DNA of 41,023 bases from Oleiphilaceae bacterium (GCA_041591635.1 JBFHRO010000001.1:1-41023), one strand, 5' to 3'; shown: positions 7,832 through 19,343, numbered from the stretch's first letter. Translations and numbers: made by a program. Notes: generated from the letters alone by a model not told the origin.

Positions 7832-10822
7832 TTATGCCTTGTCACGGGTGTCACCCGTGCCGACCAATACAGCGCCGGGTTCGACAAACTGCTGCCATAC
7901 CTCGCGCACAAAACGGCGTTCGGTCGTAAAAGCATCGGCCTCGATCCGGCTGTTGAGCTTTTGCAAGGCGCGCCGGTGAATCATGGATCGCATCGTTTTA
8001 TAGATCTCGATCAACTGAGCGGTGACCGCTGCGGGCAATACACCCGCCTCACCCATGGTTTCAAGAATGCGGATATTGTCAGGCCAGCGCAGCAGCTCAG
8101 GATGCTTATGACCCCAGCCCAAGACCGCAAATTGCGCCATGAACTCGATATCAACAATACCGCCTTCATCCTGTTTGAGATGAAATTGCGTCGGCGGTTC
8201 GCCCTCGACCACCCGGGTACCAAGGTTGTCCCGCATTTTTTGCCGCATGCCAGCCACATCCCTGCGCAAGGTCTCGAACTCACGCACCTGCGCCAGCGTC
8301 GCCGCGCGAATGGCATCAAAACGCCGGGCGACACTTTTACTGCCGGCAACGCAACGGGCCCGTACCAATGCCTGATGCTCCCAGGTCCAGGCGTCTTTTT
8401 GCTGGTAATACTCAAAAGCCTTGAGCGAGCTGACCAGCAAACCGGAATTGCCGGAAGGCCGCAACCGCATATCCACCTCATAGATATCGCCTGCCGCCGT
8501 TTGGGTCGCCAGAATATGGATAATGCGTTGCCCAAGGCGGGTATAAAAGAGTCCGGTATCAATGGATTTCTCGCCCCGGGTCGGCTGATTGGAGGCGCCT
8601 CCATGAACAAAAACCAGATCCAGGTCCGAGGTATAACCCAGCTCGATCCCCCCCAGCTTGCCGTAGCCAATCACGGCAAACCCCATATCCTCATCAAGAG
8701 TTCCCGCCGCCTCCTGCGCGCCCATCTCCAGCACTGGCGTACCGTGTTTGGCGACCATGTGCCGCCAGGCAATCTCGACCACTTGCTCGATAATGGCTTC
8801 GGCAATCCAGGTAAGGTAGTCGCTGACTTTCATCAGCGGCAAGGTGCCGCGCAACTCCGAGGCCGCCACCCGCAGCACATGGGCTTTCTTGAACAATCGC
8901 AAGCATTCCATTTGCTGCTCAAGGTCGTCTTCGGGAATCCGCAACATTTGCTGGCGCAATTCGTCGCGCAACTTGCCAATGTCTGGCGGCGCGAACAGGC
9001 TGGCAGAATTGAGGAGTTCATCCAGCAGCAGCGGCGTTTGTGCCAGAAGCTCCGCCAGCCAGGGACTGGCAGAGCAGAGCCAGACCAACTGTTGCAAGGC
9101 CCCGGGATTTTCATACAGCAACACCAGATAGGAGGTACGCCTGACCACCGCCTGAACCAATGCCAGAACGCGCGAAAGCGTTTGCGAAGGGAGATCGACT
9201 TTGGCAACTTCGGCCAGCAAGCGCGGCATAAAGTGATCGAGCCGTTCGCGCCCTATGGCCTGCATGACAGCCACGGCGCGCATGCCCGCCAGATCACGCA
9301 GGCGCTCAAGGCTGTCTTGCGGCGCATCAAAGCCCGCCTGGGTCAGCAACTCCAGTGCGGTGGGTGAATCCAGCTCGCCCAGCCAGAGCGCCAGCCAGGG
9401 GCGCTGGCTATCCTCTGCCGGGGCATGTTGTCCTTCGGGTTCCACCGCAATGATCTGGGCAAAATGGTAACTTACCCGGTCCCGCACTCGCGTCAGCTCG
9501 TCCCCAAGCGCCTCCCAGGTCTCGTAACCCATGATTTTCGCCAGTCGCAGACACGACAGCCGATCCTGCGGCAGCAATTGGGTTTGCCGGTCATCCATGC
9601 CCTGAATGCCGTGTTCCAGATTGCGCAAAAACACATAATCGGCGCGCAGTTCACGCACGGCGGCATCGGGCAACAACCCCTGGGCCTGCAACACCTCCAG
9701 CACCTTCATCAGCTCGGGCGTTTGCAGCCGCAGGTCACGCCCTCCCCGAATCAGCTGAAACGCCTGCACCACGAATTCGATTTCGCGAATGCCGCCCCGA
9801 CCTATCTTGATGTTATGCTCCACCCCCTTGCGCTTGACTTCGCGAATGATCATGGCCTTCATCTCACGCAGCGACTGAAACGCCGAGTAGTCAATGTATT
9901 TACGATACACAAAGGGTTTAAGGCGGGCGATCAAATGGGCACCTTGCGCCTTGTCCCCCGCCACCACCTGCGCCTTGATCATGGCATAACGCTCCCAGTC
10001 GCGCCCCTGATCCTGATAGTACTCCTCCATGGCGTTAAAGCTCATTGCCAGCGCACCGCTGTCACCCCAGGGCCGCAGACGCATGTCCACGCGAAACACA
10101 AAGCCATCGGCCGTCGGTGCGTCCAGCGCCTGAATCAGCTTTTGGCCCAGGCGGATAAAAAACTGCTGGTTTTCGATCGACTTGCTCGCGCCTGCGGTTT
10201 CGCCGTTTTCCGGGTAACAAAACATCAGATCGATATCGGAAGAAACGTTCAGCTCGCCCGCCCCCAGCTTGCCCATACCCAGGACGACCAGGGCCTGAGG
10301 CGTGTTACTGTGCCTTCCCATGGGTGTTCCCCACTTCAGGCAGGCGTCTGCATACAGCCACTGCAAGGCCACCTCGATAGAAACAGAGGCAAATTCACTC
10401 ATCGCCGCCACGGTTTCAAACATATCGGCCCGACGCGTGAGATCGCGCCACAGGATGCGACACATCTCATACTGGCGAAACTGCCGCAACACTTTGTGCA
10501 AGGCGGCTTCGCCATCCACCGATGCCATTCGCGATGCCAGCCGCGCCGCGAGGGCGCCGGGCACATAAGGCGTATCGACAAGGCCGCTATCAAGAAGGTC
10601 CATGATGGCGCGCGGCTGGGTTCTGGCGATGCGCGCGACGTAATCACTCAGGGCAAAAATTTCTGGCAGCGACTGTAGCGATTCGCTCGACAGGCGCTGC
10701 AAGCGACCGATATCCTCAGGGCCGAGTTGCTCGGCAAAATTATCCCAGTGGCGCTGGGCGACAGACTGCAATTCGGGCGCATAGGCGGATATGATAGCGG
10801 GGATATACAGGGTCACAGACAA
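7832..10822 (-). CDS. glnE: bifunctional glutamine synthetase adenylyltransferase/adenylyl-removing enzyme
   Basis: About 990-aa ORF with two nucleotidyltransferase repeats (GKLGAGELNVSSDIDLMF and GKLGGIELGYTSDLDLVF). The exact start is uncertain: TTG 10822 or GTG 10816, and the latter has better GAAGG spacing. Confidence 0.93.
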   Translation of the reverse strand: MSVTLYIPAIISAYAPELQSVAQRHWDNFAEQLGPEDIGRLQRLSSESLQSLPEIFALSDYVARIARTQPRAIMDLLDSGLVDTPYVPGALAARLASRMASVDGEAALHKVLRQFRQYEMCRILWRDLTRRADMFETVAAMSEFASVSIEVALQWLYADACLKWGTPMGRHSNTPQALVVLGMGKLGAGELNVSSDIDLMFCYPENGETAGASKSIENQQFFIRLGQKLIQALDAPTADGFVFRVDMRLRPWGDSGALAMSFNAMEEYYQDQGRDWERYAMIKAQVVAGDKAQGAHLIARLKPFVYRKYIDYSAFQSLREMKAMIIREVKRKGVEHNIKIGRGGIREIEFVVQAFQLIRGGRDLRLQTPELMKVLEVLQAQGLLPDAAVRELRADYVFLRNLEHGIQGMDDRQTQLLPQDRLSCLRLAKIMGYETWEALGDELTRVRDRVSYHFAQIIAVEPEGQHAPAEDSQRPWLALWLGELDSPTALELLTQAGFDAPQDSLERLRDLAGMRAVAVMQAIGRERLDHFMPRLLAEVAKVDLPSQTLSRVLALVQAVVRRTSYLVLLYENPGALQQLVWLCSASPWLAELLAQTPLLLDELLNSASLFAPPDIGKLRDELRQQMLRIPEDDLEQQMECLRLFKKAHVLRVAASELRGTLPLMKVSDYLTWIAEAIIEQVVEIAWRHMVAKHGTPVLEMGAQEAAGTLDEDMGFAVIGYGKLGGIELGYTSDLDLVFVHGGASNQPTRGEKSIDTGLFYTRLGQRIIHILATQTAAGDIYEVDMRLRPSGNSGLLVSSLKAFEYYQQKDAWTWEHQALVRARCVAGSKSVARRFDAIRAATLAQVREFETLRRDVAGMRQKMRDNLGTRVVEGEPPTQFHLKQDEGGIVDIEFMAQFAVLGWGHKHPELLRWPDNIRILETMGEAGVLPAAVTAQLIEIYKTMRSMIHRRALQKLNSRIEADAFTTERRFVREVWQQFVEPGAVLVGTGDTRDKA

Positions 10823-10953
10823 TTACCTTCAGAATCAAAGAAGTCACAGTGCTGTTTTGCCCGACGGCGATTTGGCAAAACCCGACACAGAGGCTGCGTT
10901 TCCCCCTTGGCAGGGGATGACAGCAATGGGATTACTATAGAACAGGATTCATC

Positions 10954-12102
10954 GTGGCCACTCGCCATCGCGTAAAAAACAGCAAGGCACTGCCCAGCGC
11001 CAAACATATCCGCCAGCGCCTGCACAAGCTGCTGCTGATACTGGGGGCGCTCTTGTGCCTGCATGTACTGGCCATGATGGCGCTGGAAGGCCAAAGTCTG
11101 CGACAGGCACTCTGGCTCACCCTCACCACCGTCACCACCGTAGGTTACGGCGATCTGGCGGCCAAAACCCTCGCCGGCCAGATCGCGACCGCGGGTTTGA
11201 TGTTCATCACAGGCATCACCCTGATGGCGCTGATCGTCAGCGATTACGTCGATTACCGCTTTTACCGCCGGGAAGCCATTCGCACCGGCCGCTGGAGATG
11301 GAACATGATCAATCATATCGTGATTATCAACACCCCCCGCCAGATCGGCACCCACTACTACAGCCGACTGGTACAACAGATTCGCGCCCACAGCGATTAT
11401 CGCAACATCCCCATACAACTGCTGACCGAAGAGTTCCCCGAAGGTTTGCCACCGGGAATGCAGGACCTCGACCTGGTGCACTTTCATGGCAGTGGCAGCA
11501 ATGTGCACGACCTGTCAGCAATCAACCTGCATCAGGCCCGACATATCATTGTGCTGGCCCAGGATGCTAACGACCCCGGCTCCGACAGTCTGACCTTTGA
11601 CATTCTGCACCGGCTGATGGAATTCAATCTGGCCCGCAAGGCCGTCGTCGAGTGCGTTCTGGACGAAAACCGCTCCCGTCTGGCCAAGCTCGGTGCCCGC
11701 GCCATTCTTCGCCCGGTGCGAACCTACCCGGAAATCATTGTGCGGGCACTGCTCGCCCCCGGAGCGGAGAAGGTGCTGGAGGATCTTTTCACCCACGAAA
11801 ACGATCATCCTCACCGCTACGATATCGACATTGCCGGGCTGCGCTGGGAAGACGTGGTGTGTGCGCTCATCCAGGCCGACCTGGGTACCGCCGTGGCCTA
11901 TATCGAACCCACCGGTGAAGTGATTTGCCACCCTGGCGCACACACCCGCATGAATGCCAAAGCACTCATCATTCTGGTGAAAACCGAAAACACGCCCACC
12001 CTGCTCGAGATCAGCGAGGCGTTAAACCACTACAAAAAGCGCATGGCTCAGTGGGAAAGCGTACGCCAAAAACTGGAAGAAACCGCCAAAGACGGCAAAT
12101 AG
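10954..12102 (+). CDS. 2-TM potassium channel with C-terminal RCK/TrkA-like domain
   Basis: K+ selectivity filter TTVGYGD lies between two hydrophobic helices and is followed by a cytoplasmic domain of about 260 aa. GTG start. Confidence 0.8.
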   Translation: MATRHRVKNSKALPSAKHIRQRLHKLLLILGALLCLHVLAMMALEGQSLRQALWLTLTTVTTVGYGDLAAKTLAGQIATAGLMFITGITLMALIVSDYVDYRFYRREAIRTGRWRWNMINHIVIINTPRQIGTHYYSRLVQQIRAHSDYRNIPIQLLTEEFPEGLPPGMQDLDLVHFHGSGSNVHDLSAINLHQARHIIVLAQDANDPGSDSLTFDILHRLMEFNLARKAVVECVLDENRSRLAKLGARAILRPVRTYPEIIVRALLAPGAEKVLEDLFTHENDHPHRYDIDIAGLRWEDVVCALIQADLGTAVAYIEPTGEVICHPGAHTRMNAKALIILVKTENTPTLLEISEALNHYKKRMAQWESVRQKLEETAKDGK

Positions 12103-12120
12103 GGGGAGACACACTCCCCC
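12102..12120. terminator. GC hairpin between convergent K+ channel and acyl-CoA synthetase genes (terminator-like, no clean U-tract)
   Basis: GGGGGAG-ACACA-CTCCCCC begins in the channel stop codon. Function is inferred only from its position between convergent genes. Confidence 0.35.
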
Positions 12121-12202
12121 GGGACAAGCGATACGCCTGCATTTGTCGGTGCGGCTGCCCGCAGTCACTGAGCACCGCGACACACCCACCGGCAAATTCA
12201 TC

Positions 12203-14032
12203 TCAATAGCGATACTCGCCATTCTCGATGTTGGCCTGTAACTCCGGTGTGAGGCGCACATAGGTATCGCCTTTGGGCAACCAGACGAACACAGGGCCAT
12301 CCTGCTTGTTCAGATCAAAGCCAGCCTCTTTAAGCGGTGCTTTCTTGTGCTTGAACGTACCGGTTGTCTCCATGGCATCACTCAAGCGCAAAAACACGGG
12401 CACCGCATAATGGGGCAGCTGGCTTTGCAGGTACGCCAGAAAGCCCTTGAAATCGAAAGCCGAGACATCGCAATCCAGACGCATTGACGCCATTCCTGCC
12501 CGGCCGTTGGTGTTGGGTATCTCGACACCGTACACCACGGTTTCGCTCACGTGGGCAAAGCCATCCAGAATCAGTTCCACTTCGGTGGTTGAGACGTTCT
12601 CACCCTTCCAGCGGAAGGTGTCACCCAGACGGTCAACAAACTGGGCATGCTTGAATCCCAGATCCCGCATCAGATCCCCCGAGTTGAACCAGGAATCGCC
12701 CTTGGTGAAGACATTGCGCAGAATACAGTCTTCGGTTTTTTTCGGATCGGTATAACCATGAAACGGTGTTTTTTCGGTGATCTGACCAATGAGCAGGCCC
12801 GACTCGCCCCGTGCCACTTTTTGCAAAAAACCGTCAGGCCCGCGAATGGGCATGTCGTTTTCCTTGTCGTATTTCACAATGGCATAGGGGAAGGGGCCAA
12901 AACCGACCGTCGCATCGAAATTAAACACATTGGTGAAGCCAATATTGCCTTCGCTGGAACCATAAAGCTCCATCACGGTTTCAATGCCGAAACGCTGTTT
13001 GAACGGCCGCCAGATGTTGGCCCGCAACCCATTACCCACAATCACCCGCACCCGGTTGTCGATATCATTGGGCTTGGCGGGCTGATCCATCAAATAACGA
13101 CACAGCTCACCGACATAGCCAAAAGCCGTGGCATCGTAACGGCGAATCTCATCCCAAAAACGGCTGGCGCTAAAGCGTCGCGCAATCACCAGGGTAGAGC
13201 AACCGGCCAGCACTGAACCCCAGCACACCGCCATGGCTGTCGCATGATAGAAGGGCAAGGTGACGTACATGCGATCCGAAGGCTTGAGCTTGACTGCACT
13301 CAGGCCAAAGGCGCCGTAGGCCTTCATGAAACGGCCATGATTGAATATCACCGCCTTGGGCAACCCGGTTGTTCCCGAGGTGTACACATAAAAACAGGGA
13401 TCATCCATGAATATCTGCTGCGTTGACGGCAAGTTCTGGGCCGATTCGTTCTGGCTGGCGGTGGCCAGATTGACCCAGCCTTGCGGTGCGGTACCGGGAT
13501 TTTTCAGGGTATCGCAATCGGCCAGATAGAGGCGGTTCTCGGCAGGCACCACCAGATCCGCCTCAACCTCCTGATAAGCCGCCAGCAGTTCTTCGCCCAC
13601 AATGGCTGCTTTCGGATTGACCAGGTTGACGCTGTGAGTCAGCACCTTCTCGCGTTGCGAGGTGTTGATAAGAGCACTGATGGCACCTATTTTGCCGCAA
13701 GCGACGGTCGCGGCCATCAGCTCCGGCCGGTTATCCACCAGAATCACCACGGTATCGCCTTTTTTGATGCCTTTGCTCAACAGATAGCGGGCCAGCCGAT
13801 TGGTCCAGGCATTGAACTCGGCCCAGGTCAGTTTGACATCCTGATACATCAGGGCATAGCCAAAGGGGTTCTTTTGCGCGGCCATTTCAACGCAGATCCC
13901 CAGACCCAGCGGTTTGGTTTTGTCAGTGCTTTTGCTCAGTTTCATCCCTTTGATGGTGCTGGGCAGCCCGGACAGAATCGCGGGAATCTTGGCAAGGATC
14001 TTGGGAAGGGTAATGATGTCGGACTGACTCAT
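12203..14032 (-). CDS. FATP/very-long-chain-type acyl-CoA synthetase
   Basis: 609 aa. AMP-binding motif YVYTSGTTGLPKA and the FATP-family signature DRLGDTFRWKGENVSTTEVE are present. AGGAG lies upstream of the ATG. Confidence 0.88.
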   Translation of the reverse strand: MSQSDIITLPKILAKIPAILSGLPSTIKGMKLSKSTDKTKPLGLGICVEMAAQKNPFGYALMYQDVKLTWAEFNAWTNRLARYLLSKGIKKGDTVVILVDNRPELMAATVACGKIGAISALINTSQREKVLTHSVNLVNPKAAIVGEELLAAYQEVEADLVVPAENRLYLADCDTLKNPGTAPQGWVNLATASQNESAQNLPSTQQIFMDDPCFYVYTSGTTGLPKAVIFNHGRFMKAYGAFGLSAVKLKPSDRMYVTLPFYHATAMAVCWGSVLAGCSTLVIARRFSASRFWDEIRRYDATAFGYVGELCRYLMDQPAKPNDIDNRVRVIVGNGLRANIWRPFKQRFGIETVMELYGSSEGNIGFTNVFNFDATVGFGPFPYAIVKYDKENDMPIRGPDGFLQKVARGESGLLIGQITEKTPFHGYTDPKKTEDCILRNVFTKGDSWFNSGDLMRDLGFKHAQFVDRLGDTFRWKGENVSTTEVELILDGFAHVSETVVYGVEIPNTNGRAGMASMRLDCDVSAFDFKGFLAYLQSQLPHYAVPVFLRLSDAMETTGTFKHKKAPLKEAGFDLNKQDGPVFVWLPKGDTYVRLTPELQANIENGEYRY

Positions 14033-14224
14033 GGTGACTCCTGCAATGGCATAAAGGCCTTGTTGTTATGATTTCTGGTTTGTGTGGTGATTTACCACCG
14101 ATGACCCGCCGCATCCCGCCACAAACCGGGCCAGGAGCAGCACATGAATTGCCGCATGTTACGTCACCCCGGCCCGCATGCAATGGTCATAATGACAGTG
14201 CGGAGCGTCAGTCGTGCCATTGGC

Positions 14225-14503
14225 TCAGCACTCGATCAGGCCGTCGAGGTGCGCATGAATTTCCTGCTCAATACGCCCCTTGAAGGGCCGCAACAGCAAC
14301 CCCAGCTCAAGACGCACGTGAAACAGGGTCGGCTGAACATTGAGGCGACCCTTGACGCCGCTGCGGTGAAACACCAGGCAGTCATTCTGCCACTCGTAGC
14401 GCAGATCAAAGCGATCCGACAGACTCACCGCAAGATCGCTGGCAATACGGATGGCCTCATCATGAGTCAGCTGATGGTGGCGCGTAATATCAATAACCGA
14501 CAT
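14225..14503 (-). CDS. polyhydroxyalkanoic acid system (PHA granule region) small protein
   Basis: 92 aa. The pattern I-R-H-L...YEW..D.L.F.RSG..G...V....V.LELGLLL....IE.EI...LD matches my memory of the TIGR02610-type proteins found just upstream of ubiE in pseudomonads. It sits in the same syntenic position here. Confidence 0.7.
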   Translation of the reverse strand: MSVIDITRHHQLTHDEAIRIASDLAVSLSDRFDLRYEWQNDCLVFHRSGVKGRLNVQPTLFHVRLELGLLLRPFKGRIEQEIHAHLDGLIEC

Positions 14504-14744
14504 AAAACTCCCGAAAACAAGGCGATTTGTGCATTACGCCCAATGATCACACAGCCTCACTTGCAACGGTTCAGGATCGAAACAGTGAAAGGGAAACGTG
14601 GCAGACTTGCATGCCAACATTGTATTGCAAAATTGACATAATAAAAGACATCAGATGGCGACGGGGCTAGAATACAGCCCTTGAAACCGGCGCCATGCCT
14701 GCCACTGGCCATGCCCTTTTAGCTCTTGACCCAAGGTGATCCCC

Positions 14745-15548
14745 ATGTCTCAACCCGGAACCCGCACGCCTCAACCTGCCGCGCCTTCAGGCAATGGATC
14801 GGCTCAGGCCCACACGACGCACTTTGGTTACCGACAGGTGCCCGTGGGCGAAAAAGTGCAGCGGGTGGCCGAGGTGTTTCATTCGGTGGCCCAAAAATAC
14901 GACATGATGAACGACCTGATGTCGATGGGCATCCACCGGCTGTGGAAACGTTTTACAGTCGAACTCAGCGGGGTACGAAAAAATCACAAGGTGCTCGACA
15001 TTGCCGGTGGCACCGGCGATCTGACGATGAAATTCTCCGATCTGGTCGGCCCCCAGGGCACTGTGGTACTGGCAGACATCAACGCCTCCATGCTCAAGGT
15101 CGGGCGCGATCGCCTGGTGGACCGGGGCTATGGCAACAACATCGAGTATGTTCAGGCCAATGCCGAGCAGTTGCCCTTCCCCGACAACCATTTCAATTGT
15201 GTCAGCATTGCCTTTGGTCTGCGCAATGTGACCGACAAGGATCAGGCCCTGCGCGAAATGCACCGGGTGCTCAAGCCTGGCGGGCGACTGCTGGTGCTCG
15301 AATTCTCCAAACCCAACAACCCGTTGCTCACTAAGGCTTACGATCTATACTCCTTTACGGCGCTCCCTGTCATGGGCAAGCTCATTGCCGGCGACAGCGA
15401 CAGCTACCAGTATCTGGCCGAGTCCATTCGCATGCACCCCGACCAGGAAACCCTGAAGCAAATGATGAGCGAGGCCGGTTTTGTCAACTGCCGCTACCAC
15501 AACATGACTGGCGGCATTGTTGCCTTGCACAGCGGCATCAAGCCCTGA
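14745..15548 (+). CDS. ubiE: ubiquinone/menaquinone biosynthesis C-methyltransferase
   Basis: THFGYRQV...[17 protein letters not shown]...[14 protein letters not shown] motif. ATG 14745 has AAGGTGA upstream, whereas the ORF-track start 14736 is a GTG. Confidence 0.95.
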   Translation: MSQPGTRTPQPAAPSGNGSAQAHTTHFGYRQVPVGEKVQRVAEVFHSVAQKYDMMNDLMSMGIHRLWKRFTVELSGVRKNHKVLDIAGGTGDLTMKFSDLVGPQGTVVLADINASMLKVGRDRLVDRGYGNNIEYVQANAEQLPFPDNHFNCVSIAFGLRNVTDKDQALREMHRVLKPGGRLLVLEFSKPNNPLLTKAYDLYSFTALPVMGKLIAGDSDSYQYLAESIRMHPDQETLKQMMSEAGFVNCRYHNMTGGIVALHSGIKP

Positions 15549-15608
15549 GCCAGCGATCAGCATCACCAAGGTTCGACATGCCCGCCACCAGCCAAGACCA
15601 CTGACCCC

Positions 15609-16244
15609 ATGTTTCAGCCCGACCCGACACTTCTGGCAGCCCTGTCTGCCAGCCTCGAACTGGCACTTAACCGTGCCCTTGCGCTGGATCCCGGTTCCTT
15701 GCAGCGACTGGCGGCTTTGGGTGAATTGGCAATAGGCCTTGAGCTTCAACCGGTCGATGCCAAACTATCAATTCGCCTGGATGCCGGATTCCTGCGTATC
15801 ACCACCCTTGACACGCCCACCGACATCACCCTTGCAGGCACACCACTGAGTCTGGGGCGCCTGCTGTTTGAAGGCCCGTCTACCGACCTTGGCATCCACC
15901 CCGGCGTGCAGATTTCCGGCAACCCCGAGCAGGTGAATGCCCTTGCAGCGATAGTGCGCGACCTTGAAATCGACTGGGAGGCCGCCCTCGCTGACATCCT
16001 GGGCGACATTCCTGCCCACTTCCTGGCCCGGCGCTGGCGGCGCTTGCAGCAGTGGCAAAAACACGCCCACCAAAGCCTTGCCATGACACTCGAAGACTAC
16101 CTTAAAGAAGAAAGCGACTGGTTACCCCACCGGGAACAACTGAACGACTACATGGAATCGGTTGACCGGGTACAGCAAGCCACCGAACAACTGGAAGCCC
16201 GAATCATGCAACTGCAGGCCCATATTGACAAAACCCAAACCTGA
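15609..16244 (+). CDS. ubiJ: ubiquinone biosynthesis accessory factor, SCP2 domain
   Basis: 211 aa lying between ubiE and ubiB, with an SCP2-like N-terminal half and a coiled-coil C-terminus. The synteny is conserved. Confidence 0.8.
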   Translation: MFQPDPTLLAALSASLELALNRALALDPGSLQRLAALGELAIGLELQPVDAKLSIRLDAGFLRITTLDTPTDITLAGTPLSLGRLLFEGPSTDLGIHPGVQISGNPEQVNALAAIVRDLEIDWEAALADILGDIPAHFLARRWRRLQQWQKHAHQSLAMTLEDYLKEESDWLPHREQLNDYMESVDRVQQATEQLEARIMQLQAHIDKTQT

Positions 16245-16309
16245 AGCCGGCGCGGCCATCATCTTTCGCTGCTCCTGATCACACTACTCTGACTGACAGG
16301 TTCCCCATA

Positions 16310-17956
16310 GTGTCGCGATTCCAACGTCTACTGAAAATCACCTGGGTTATCGGCAAATACCGTCTCGACGACTTTCTGCCGGCATCACACTTGCCGGCGA
16401 CTTTGCGCCTGCTGTTACTGCTGGCTCCGTGGCACTTTTTTGGGCGCCCTCGCCTGACCGAAGGCGAGCGGTTGCGATGTGCGCTGGAAGAACTGGGGCC
16501 GATTTTTGTCAAGTTCGGCCAAATCCTCTCGACCCGCAAAGATCTGTTGCCCGAAGCCATTGCCGACGAACTGCAAAAGCTGCAAGACAGTGTGCCGCCC
16601 TTTTGCAATGACACCGCCCGACAACTGATCGAGCAAGGGCTAAAGCGCAAGATTCCCGAGGTTTTTCAGGAGTTCCAGAGCACGCCCCTGGCCTCTGCCT
16701 CTATCGCCCAGGTACATAGCGCCCGCCTGCACTGCGGCCGGGAAGTGGTAGTGAAGGTCATCCGCCCCGGCATCGAAAAAACCATCCGTCAGGATATCGG
16801 CCTGCTGTACCTCATCGCCCGCTCCGTCGAAAAATTCTGGGATGACGGACACCGCCTGCGCCCGGTGGAAATCGTCACCGACTACGAAAAAACCATTTTC
16901 GATGAACTCGACCTGCAGCGCGAGGCCGCCAATGCCTCCCAGCTTAGGCGCAACTTTGCCAACTCACCGCTGATCTATATGCCCGAAGTTTTCTGGGATT
17001 ATTGCAACACCCGGGTCATGGTCATGGAGCGGGTGTACGGCATTCCCATCTCCGACACCGCCACCCTGCTTGCTCATGGCACCAATATGAAAAAACTCGC
17101 CGAACACGGGGTCGAGATCTTTTTTACCCAGGTTTTTCGCGACAGCTTTTTTCATGCCGACATGCATCCCGGCAATATTTTTGTCGATATCACCGATCCG
17201 CAGAATCCGCGCTACATCGCCATTGATTTTGGCATCGTCGGCAGCCTGACACCCGAAGATCAAAACTACCTTGCCCGTAACCTCTTGGCATTTTTCAACC
17301 GGGATTACCGGCAGGTGGCCGAATTGCACATCGCCTCAGGCTGGGTGCCCGAAACCACCAAGGTGAACGAATTCGAGGCCGCGATACGTACCGTATGCGA
17401 ACCCATTTTTGAGCGCCCCCTGAAAGATATTTCCTTCGGCCAGTTTCTGCTGCGGTTGTTCGAAACCGCCCGCCGCTTTGACATGCAAGTACAGCCACAA
17501 CTGGTGCTGCTGCAAAAAACCCTGCTCAATATTGAGGGCCTGGGGCGCCAGCTGTATCCCGACCTTGATCTCTGGAACACCGCCCGGCCCTATCTCGAAA
17601 ACTGGATGAAACAACGCATCGCACCGCCTGGCCTTTGGAAAAGCATCAAGCAGCATTTTCCCCAATGGGTCGAACAGTCGCCGGAAATTCCCCAGCTGTT
17701 GCTGGATGCGGTGCGACAGATCAAGCATCTTGATGCCTACGGCCTGAACCAGCAGCAGCGCAACCTGCAACTGCAACCACCAGGGCGGCGGGGGATCGGC
17801 GTCAACCCTGACTACCTGATCGGAATGGCCGCCTTGCTTGCCGGCCTGTTCAGCCACAACAACGACTTGCAGGCATGGGCACAAGCCTTGCCCATCCATG
17901 GCTGGCTGGCAATAATCGTCGGCAGTTACTTCTTGTTGCGCCCGAAAAAAGTCTGA
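16310..17956 (+). CDS. ubiB: ubiquinone biosynthesis regulatory protein kinase
   Basis: 548 aa. ABC1/ADCK kinase-like motifs ([32 protein letters not shown]) and C-terminal TM helices are present. GTG start. Confidence 0.95.
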   Translation: MSRFQRLLKITWVIGKYRLDDFLPASHLPATLRLLLLLAPWHFFGRPRLTEGERLRCALEELGPIFVKFGQILSTRKDLLPEAIADELQKLQDSVPPFCNDTARQLIEQGLKRKIPEVFQEFQSTPLASASIAQVHSARLHCGREVVVKVIRPGIEKTIRQDIGLLYLIARSVEKFWDDGHRLRPVEIVTDYEKTIFDELDLQREAANASQLRRNFANSPLIYMPEVFWDYCNTRVMVMERVYGIPISDTATLLAHGTNMKKLAEHGVEIFFTQVFRDSFFHADMHPGNIFVDITDPQNPRYIAIDFGIVGSLTPEDQNYLARNLLAFFNRDYRQVAELHIASGWVPETTKVNEFEAAIRTVCEPIFERPLKDISFGQFLLRLFETARRFDMQVQPQLVLLQKTLLNIEGLGRQLYPDLDLWNTARPYLENWMKQRIAPPGLWKSIKQHFPQWVEQSPEIPQLLLDAVRQIKHLDAYGLNQQQRNLQLQPPGRRGIGVNPDYLIGMAALLAGLFSHNNDLQAWAQALPIHGWLAIIVGSYFLLRPKKV

Positions 17957-18013
17957 CACCCGCATGCCAAACCATTACCATTAGCCCCTGCTTTCATTTT
18001 GGACACCCATCGA

Positions 18014-18439
18014 ATGACAACGCCTTCGTCACCCCTTTCGCAAACAGACACCGCCGTTTGGCTAAAGGAGATCAAGTGGAATCCGGATGGCCTGGTGGCC
18101 GCCATCGCGCAAGACTATCAAACCGGCGAGGTGCTGATGCTGGCCTGGATGAATGCCCAGGCGCTGACCCTTACCCTGAGCGAGCAGCGGGCCGTTTACT
18201 GGTCGCGTTCCCGCCAGGCCCTGTGGCGCAAAGGCGAATCCTCGGGGCACGTGCAAAAACTTCATGCGATCCGCCTCGACTGCGATGGCGATGCCCTGCT
18301 GCTGAAAGTGGAGCAACTGGGTGACATTGCCTGCCACACCGGCCGTCGCAGCTGTTTTTACCGCCAGTGGACTGATGGCCAATGGCAGGCCGTCGAGCCG
18401 GTACTGAAAGATCCGCACAGCATTTATGCTTCGTCCTGA
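18014..18439 (+). CDS. hisI: phosphoribosyl-AMP cyclohydrolase
   Basis: [21 protein letters not shown]...[18 protein letters not shown]...DCDGD...[10 protein letters not shown]. The start is ATG 18014 or the upstream TTG 17999. Confidence 0.93.
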   Translation: MTTPSSPLSQTDTAVWLKEIKWNPDGLVAAIAQDYQTGEVLMLAWMNAQALTLTLSEQRAVYWSRSRQALWRKGESSGHVQKLHAIRLDCDGDALLLKVEQLGDIACHTGRRSCFYRQWTDGQWQAVEPVLKDPHSIYASS

Positions 18440-18465
18440 ACCAACCCTGGAACCGATTAGCCTTT

Positions 18466-18816
18466 ATGACTACCGATAACGCCACCGATGTGCTGGCCGC
18501 ACTGACCAAGGTACTGGAAGCCCGCAAACAGGCGGCGCCGGAATCTTCGTACGTTGCCAGCCTGCACCACAAAGGATTGAACAAAATTCTCGAAAAGGTG
18601 GGAGAGGAGTGCGTTGAAACCCTCATTGCCGCCAAGGATGCAGCACATTCCGGCGACAAGACGGCATTGATCTACGAAACCGCCGACCTGTGGTTTCATA
18701 CCCTGATCATGCTCTCGCACCTGGATCTCGACGCCCAAGCCGTGCTGGACGAACTGCAACGCCGCTTCAACCTGTCTGGTCTGGCGGAAAAAGCCGCACG
18801 CAACCCGAGCCCTTGA
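18466..18816 (+). CDS. hisE: phosphoribosyl-ATP pyrophosphatase
   Basis: [21 protein letters not shown]...[23 protein letters not shown]...A.....E.ADLWFH. The ORF-track entry 18382.. overlaps hisI and is over-extended. Confidence 0.92.
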   Translation: MTTDNATDVLAALTKVLEARKQAAPESSYVASLHHKGLNKILEKVGEECVETLIAAKDAAHSGDKTALIYETADLWFHTLIMLSHLDLDAQAVLDELQRRFNLSGLAEKAARNPSP

Positions 18817-18991
18817 GTCAGGGTTTGGGGCGTTGACTCGTATCAGGTCAGAGGCACGAAATTCTGCCACAATGACCGCGATCCGTATTTGGCATACAAT
18901 CGTCACTTGCCGGCAGTATCACGCCGGTCAAACGAACCCCCGCCCCGGTGCCTGTTGCACCGGTGCCATGAACCCACTGAGGAGAATTGAC

Positions 18992-19261
18992 ATGGGTGGT
19001 ATTAGCATTTGGCAGCTTCTGATTATTTTGGCCATCATCGTGCTGTTGTTTGGCACCAAAAAGTTGCGCAACATCGGCGCTGATCTGGGTGGGGCCGTAA
19101 AGGGCTTCAAAAACGCGATGAGCGGCGAAGACAAGGACAAGGAAGATCCTGTGCAGAAAACGGAAACGGTGGCCGACACCAAGCCCATCACCCAGACCAG
19201 CACTACCGGTTCTGCCGTGGTCAGCCCCGAAAAGACCGATGCCGACAAACCCAGGGTGTAG
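18992..19261 (+). CDS. tatA: twin-arginine translocase subunit TatA
   Basis: [46 protein letters not shown] lies 6-7 nt upstream of ATG 18992. Confidence 0.93.
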   Translation: MGGISIWQLLIILAIIVLLFGTKKLRNIGADLGGAVKGFKNAMSGEDKDKEDPVQKTETVADTKPITQTSTTGSAVVSPEKTDADKPRV

Positions 19262-19343
19262 ATCGGGGTTTTGTCGACGCACCCGGATGACACTTGCGTC
19301 AATCACAGAACGACACTCATGAACGGACACTGGTCGCGATTCC

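Noticed and set aside
10954-12102. The K+ channel RCK-like domain lacks a GxGxxG dinucleotide-binding motif (HIVIINTPRQIG), which I considered as a possible novelty.
   Set aside because: Ligand-gated RCK domains such as the MthK type also lack the canonical glycine motif, so this is not unusual by itself.
14144-14641. 165-aa + strand ORF spanning the PHA-region gene and its upstream region.
   Set aside because: It is antisense to the 92-aa gene, which has an RBS and a family-like sequence. The + strand product has no recognisable features.
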